A stretch of 39,635 nt of DNA from Thraustochytrium aureum (taxonomy: Eukaryota). A program made the translations under genes and the position numbers. The notes under the pieces are model-generated. The model searched no databases, was not told the origin of the DNA, and was given only the letters and a program-made list of their open reading frames with translations. Shown in pieces: positions 34,582 to 39,635 of the stretch. Position 1 is the first letter of the stretch, and each line of letters begins with the position of its first letter. The stretch covers positions 142,922 to 182,556 of the forward strand of contig BLSG01000353.1 of the NCBI GenBank assembly GCA_012862495.1, read 5' to 3'.

Positions 34582-35968
34582 ATGGAGGCAGTCGACAGGG
34601 CAACGCTTGGGGAGCTCGCAATTGACGATCCAGACGACTTGGAAGTCCTCGAGCTGCAAGGCAGCGGACCAGAAGTGGAAGAAGAGGCCCAGCGCGCCAT
34701 CAGCGCCTTGGCATCGGATGCCCCAGGGACGCAAAGCTCTTGGCTAGAACGGGCGACCCGTGGCCAGCCAGGGACACCTGTAGCGGCCATTGGCGACTCA
34801 GACTATTGCATGGGATCGGGTGGCGAAAGAGCTGACAAAGAAACGAGCGCCAACAACGACGGCGGCGACGCAACCTCTGACGAGGGCGAGAGCGACGACA
34901 AGACCGAAGCGTACGACGAAAGTCTTTCGCCTCGCCTAGACGAGCGACTTGCGCAAGAGGAAGCGGCATGGCTGGCCGCGCGGCGCGCATCGCTCACTCA
35001 GTGCGTCGTGGTGCGGTCCCGAAGCGTCGTGCAGCGGCTGCAAGGCAAAGAGACTTCCTCCTCTACCTCCAGACCCAGCGTCTACGCGAGACGAGAGCTC
35101 GCTCGCAACGAGCCCGACAGAAACAGGGGAGGCGTACGAGCTCCTTCTTGTCGCCAAGCGCGACCGCAAGGAGGGGACCTTGCAAATCTTCGACGTTCAG
35201 CGCCAGGCCTCGGAGAAGGCTAAAGAGGTAGACGTCGTCAAGAACCTCGTTGCCACCATTGAGACCCCGCAGAGGAAGCGCTATGTGGTGTATGACGCGT
35301 TTGGAGCTGCTGCCGCAATCTCGTACGCTCCAGCTCCACTCGTCAAGCGCTTGGACGGCGTCCTGCCGCGCGAGCTGAGCGTCGGGGTGCTCCTTGGCAC
35401 CAGTACTGCCACTCCGCAATCGAACCAAGCCGGCGAGCTCGCCGAGGGCGAACTCCCGTGTGCCAGCCGCGATTTGAATTTGAGCGTACAGAGTGACCAG
35501 CGCAACGTGCTCATGTTCAACAATGCCACGTTGGGCGGCATGGACGGTCTAGCCGAGGCGCGCCGCAGTGCGCTGGCTCTTGCCGCCAGCTTTGCCGTGC
35601 GCACGCGCAGCTTGAAGCGCTCCAACTCCCTGAAAGAAAGGGGCATCAATGTGCAAGACTCGTCGGCTTTGGTCGTGCCCCAGTCGCGGCCGTTCGTTAC
35701 GCTCGCCAACAAGGTTCCCGTCCTGGAAGATGGCAGCTACCGGCTCAATTTCGGGGGGCGTGTTCTTCAGGCGAGCGTCAAAAACTTTCAGCTCGTGCTC
35801 GACGAGGGCAGCGACTCTAGAGAGAGCACGCACGGCAGCCCCTTTGCTGGCTCGGACCTCGTGCTGCAGTTCGGCAAGGTCGCTGCACACCGGTTCACAC
35901 TCGACTTTGCCCGCCCGCTCACGGCCCCAATTGCCTTTGGTGTTGCACTGACCCAGTTTCTGTATTGA
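34582..35968 (+). CDS. Tubby C-terminal domain protein (TULP-like); frameshifts at ~35047 and ~35074; true start may lie further upstream
   Basis: TQCVVVRSRS...DFLLYLQ...LLLVAKR; C-terminus LANKVP...YRLNFGGRVLQASVKNFQLV...VLQFGKVAAHRFTLDFARPLTAPIAFGVALTQF. Confidence 0.88.
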
Positions 35969-36936
35969 GCTCAGCCTTCCTTCTGTAGGTAGGCAACCAA
36001 GTGCCCCAGTGGGGCCGAGGGCGCAGAGCCCCGCCCGGCCCACAGCGACGCGGTGTCGCAGTGATTGCGTCCCCGCTACAAAAGTCTGTTTGATTGAGTC
36101 TGCTCCACATTCACGAATCCCAGCCTGATCTTGAGTCCCGCTCGATGCGCCGTCGTTGCAGCCCTCGTCAGCCGTCGCCGCCACCCGCCCCCGGCGAGCA
36201 TCCGCCGCCGCCCAGGCAGAAACAACGATGTCCCGCGTAGTGAGCCGACTTCGCCTCGCGCCGTGACGAGAAAAGCCGCCGTCGCAGCCGAAGCAAGGCA
36301 TCAAGGCCGGCGTCTTCCGTGGGCCAATTGCTCTGCTGAGACGTCCATCGGCGGCCTGCGGCGTGGCGCGATGGGTCAGGTCCGGGAGGTCGCGAGCCTC
36401 CAACTCGACAAACTCCATCTCGAACATCATGTTGGCCAGCAAGTAACAAGTGCAAAATGCAAGCAAGAGCTCGAGCCTTCTTTGGCACTGCGCTGCCGCG
36501 CCAGAGCCCGAACCCCCGCGTCGTCGAGGACGCTGCGCAGGTTGGCTCGGGGCGCCGGACAGGGCTCGGCTGCGGGTTTGCTGCCCAGCGCGACCCTTCN
36601 NNNNNNNNNNNNNNNNNNNNNNNNNNNNNNNNNNNNNNNNNNNNNNNNNNNNNNNNNNNNNNNNNNNNNNNNNNNNNNNNNNNNNNNNNNNNNNNNNNNN
36701 NNNNNNNNNNNNNNNNNNNNNNNNNNNNNNNNNNNNNNNNNNNNNNNNNNNNNNNNNNNNNNNNNNNNNNNNNNNNNNNNNNNNNNNNNNNNNNNNNNNN
36801 NNNNNNNNNNNNNNNNNNNNNNNNNNNNNNNNNNNNNNNNNNNNNNNNNNNNNNNNNNNNNNNNNNNNNNNNNNNNNNNNNNNNNNNNNNNNNNNNNNNN
36901 NNNNNNNNNNNNNNNNNNNNNNNNNNNNNNNNNNNG

Positions 36937-39362
36937 TGGCTGTTCAAGGGGTCTATCGCGCCGAAACGCTACAATGTGAGCAAGTCACCTTGCGCGAGCG
37001 GCGGCGCTGAGTTTCTGTGGACCGTATTCGCGGCGGAAGACTCGCAAGCGGACGGCGACGAGACGCGCGCCTGCTCACTGTTTGTGTGCAACAAGAGCGC
37101 GCTGGCAAAGCGCATCCCGGACGCGGCCCAGCGAGAGGCGACGCTCGCGGCAGCTCGCGAGGCGATCAAGCGATTGGCAAGCATCCGGCATCCAAACGTT
37201 TTGCACATTAAGGAACTGATTCCCGAGTCGCGCGCAGCACTGGCTTTCGTCGCCGAGCCCGTGTTTCTTTCGCTCGCCAACGTGCGCAAAGAGTTTGTTG
37301 GCCTCAACAACGAAGACATCTCCGACGCGATGCGGGCGCATTCCCTCTCCAGCTTTGACATCGCCGCCGGGCTCTTGCACGTTGGGAAAGCTCTTGAGTT
37401 TCTGCACAACAACGGTATGGTGCACGGCAACGTGAGTCCACACACAATATTCGTGACCCCTCAGGGCCGCTGGAAATTGGGCGACTTTATGTTTTTGCAA
37501 AAGGTCCCGCCAACGGGCATCCCAGAGTTTTCGTGCCACACGTTAGAGAACGTGTCGCCGGCGTCGCCCGTGCCGCTCTTCCCGCCTTCGCCGTCGCTAT
37601 ACCATTGCGCCCCAGAGCTCAAGCACGCCCCGCACAGGTACAACGACCGCGCTGATCTTTGGAGTCTTGGCGCGCTGATCTTTGAGCTGTTCGCAGACCA
37701 CACTGTCGTCCAGGCGGGCGGGTCTGGGGCGCGCTTCCAGCGCACCTTGAACGACTGGCATGGCCTGGCGGTGACAGCCTGCGAGCTGAACGGCACGGTG
37801 CAGCGCGGGATCGCTTGCATCCCGCAGCACATGCGACCGGTTTTGGTGCGATTGCTGCAGCCGCTGCCGTCGAACAGGCCGTCGATAGCAGAGTTTTTGG
37901 GCTCGCCCTATTTTGACCAGGAAGGGCCGATTCGGACGCTCCGCATTGTCGAGGGGCTTGTCGAGATGGGCGACATCAAGGAACAAAGCAAGATACTGGG
38001 CGAGCTCCCGCTCGCTGTCGACGCCCTGCCCAAGCGCGTGCAGCGGGACATGATACTGCCGTCCGTTTTGCAGCTCAGCCGCAACCCAAAGCTTGCGGCG
38101 TTTTCGCTGCCAGTTCTGTTAAAGGTTGGTAGCAAGCTAAACCAGGACGAGTTCGCCCGCCTCGTGGTGCCAGACCTCGCCCGCCACATGGGTGGCAGCG
38201 GGCCGCTCGGGGGGCAGATGGGGTTGCAGCTCGCGCGGCACTCGGCTGCTCTCATGGCCGCCGGCGACGTCGCCTTCTTGCACAACCACACGGTGCCGAT
38301 GTTTGCCCGCGCCCTCGAGTCGCGCGTGCCGCAGATCTCTGTCGCTGCGTTGAGGGAGCTGCAGCCAGCCATGGCCGTTTTGCAGGAGCGCTTTGGGCCG
38401 GGCAAAGTCGCAACGATTGTCTCCGCGACCGTGATGCCGCGTTTGAGTAGACTGCTTGTGGAGACAGACCAGGCCGCTGTGCGGGTGCAGGGTCTGATGG
38501 GCCTCGCCGACCTGGTCAACTCGGGGCACGTCGGCCAAGATGCGATTGGGGCGCTCGTGCTCCCGGCGCTCCGAGAGTGCGGGAAGGCGGATAGGTCCGC
38601 GGCGACCCTAATGAGCCTCCTTGGCGTCTTGAGCTGTGTCGCCAAGGTGGCTTCTCTTGCGCAGCTCACGCGCTCGATTGTGCCGATGTCCGTGGCGCTT
38701 TGCGGCGAGCAGCAACTCAACCTGTCCCAGTTCGGCGTGTACATGGAGAATATTCAGGCGATGATGACGAGGATCCGCAAGCTGCGTGAGGAGGAGCTCG
38801 CCAAGGCGGCTCGGTCCCCAGTGGACTCGGAGCCCGGTGGTCTCGAATCCGCTTTGCCGCACGTCTCGCAATTCGTCGGGTCTGAGGCACGCGCGCAGCA
38901 GGCCCCTCTGCGCTCTTGGTGGCCGAGTCAGCGCCGCGTCCGGTGGCGCAAGCGGCTCCGCCAGAGAAAGACCTTGCTATGGAAGCGCTCTCGTCAATGG
39001 CCGCTGCGCGGCAGGCATCTTCCTTGAACGGGAGCTTTGCGGCAATCAACCTCACGTCGGGAAATGACGCCTCAACGTTGCTGGATGGAAAGCTGCGCCC
39101 GGCGCAGGCAGAATTTCGCATGTTCCAAGCGCAGCCAGCCTCTCAGAACACCAGCATTTTGCAGCCGCAGCCATTGGCTGCTGCGAGCAGCGTCTTGCAG
39201 CCGCGGACAGCGCCTGCTAGCAGCATGTTGCAAGCCGGAAGCATGTTGACTCCGACGCCGCTGGGAAAGGATGCCATGCTCTTTGCCTTTCCCAGCCAGC
39301 CCAGCCAAGATCGGCAGAATCACCGACAAGCTGGCGCTTCGGCTTTTGACTTTTTGTCCTGA
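36937..39362 (+). CDS. SCYL2: SCY1-like pseudokinase (SCYL2/CVAK104-like) with HEAT repeats; start probably the codon just inside the gap, frameshift at ~38903
   Basis: ASGGAEFLWTVFAA, CSLFVCNK, LASIRHPNVLHI, AFVAEPVFLSLAN, LEFLHNNGMVHGNVSPHTIFVTPQGRWKLGDF, HCAPE, ADLWSLGALIF, HEAT region with LNLSQFGVYM, C-terminal AFDFLS*. Confidence 0.88.
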
Positions 39363-39635
39363 TGCATGCATGGCATGCATGGATGCTGCGAGAGCCGGGC
39401 GGCGCATTGGCGCACGTCGAGGTGGCTTGACGCGGAATCAACGTCAAATTCTGTCGCCCCTCCGCGCGCTTTGCGCGGCTGCCAGAGGCTGCCAGTCGTC
39501 GCGCCAACCAAAGTAGTCCAAGGAGGGCGGGCAGAGCGCAGCTAGGCTAGGTCCAACAGGAAACGCATTCGTCTTTATCAGAAGGTAGAGTACAAGGTCA
39601 AGCAAAAGCGGCCAGGCCAGGGCCAGCCGGCGCGA

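Noticed and set aside
35990..36430. Minus-strand ORF starting MMFEMEFVELEARDLPDL
   Set aside because: No recognisable domain, it runs into the tubby gene on the opposite strand, and its end cannot be defined; it may still be a small frameshifted gene.
980..36935. ORFs whose length depends on N-runs
   Set aside because: X-filled ORFs are artefacts of the gaps; the frame across a gap cannot be trusted.
2248..38906. Pseudogene cluster or programmed ribosomal frameshifting
   Set aside because: Genes such as CAND1 and SCYL2 have no in-frame stops once single homopolymer indels are corrected, there is no shared recoding motif, and shifts are mixed +1/-1.

Overview
Gene-dense, GC-rich eukaryotic (protist-like) nuclear DNA with about 12 N-gaps and short GT-AG introns, most with a CTGAC branch point. 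CDPK, GT96-like, CKK and tubby genes together suggest a flagellated non-opisthokont, possibly a stramenopile (inference). Recognisable genes: a very long Rab-like GTPase fusion, a membrane-anchored pepsin/cathepsin D-type protease with a His-rich tail, a degenerate cyclophilin, a HIG1 protein, a CKK (CAMSAP/Patronin-type) domain protein, CAND1, ribonucleotide reductase R2, a CxxC-rich protein, a hinderin-like coiled-coil protein, a CDPK, a GT96/SGT1-like glycosyltransferase, a tubby protein and a SCYL2-like pseudokinase. Most long genes are broken by single-base indels in short homopolymers, most likely sequencing or assembly errors. The most notable non-coding region is 14.9-16.1 kb. It holds a 15-copy array of a 14-bp constant core plus 9-bp variable spacer, followed by a double-guide box C/D snoRNA with both guides antisense to 18S rRNA, apparently inside an intron of a non-coding host. 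All family calls come from motif recognition; no database searches were run.
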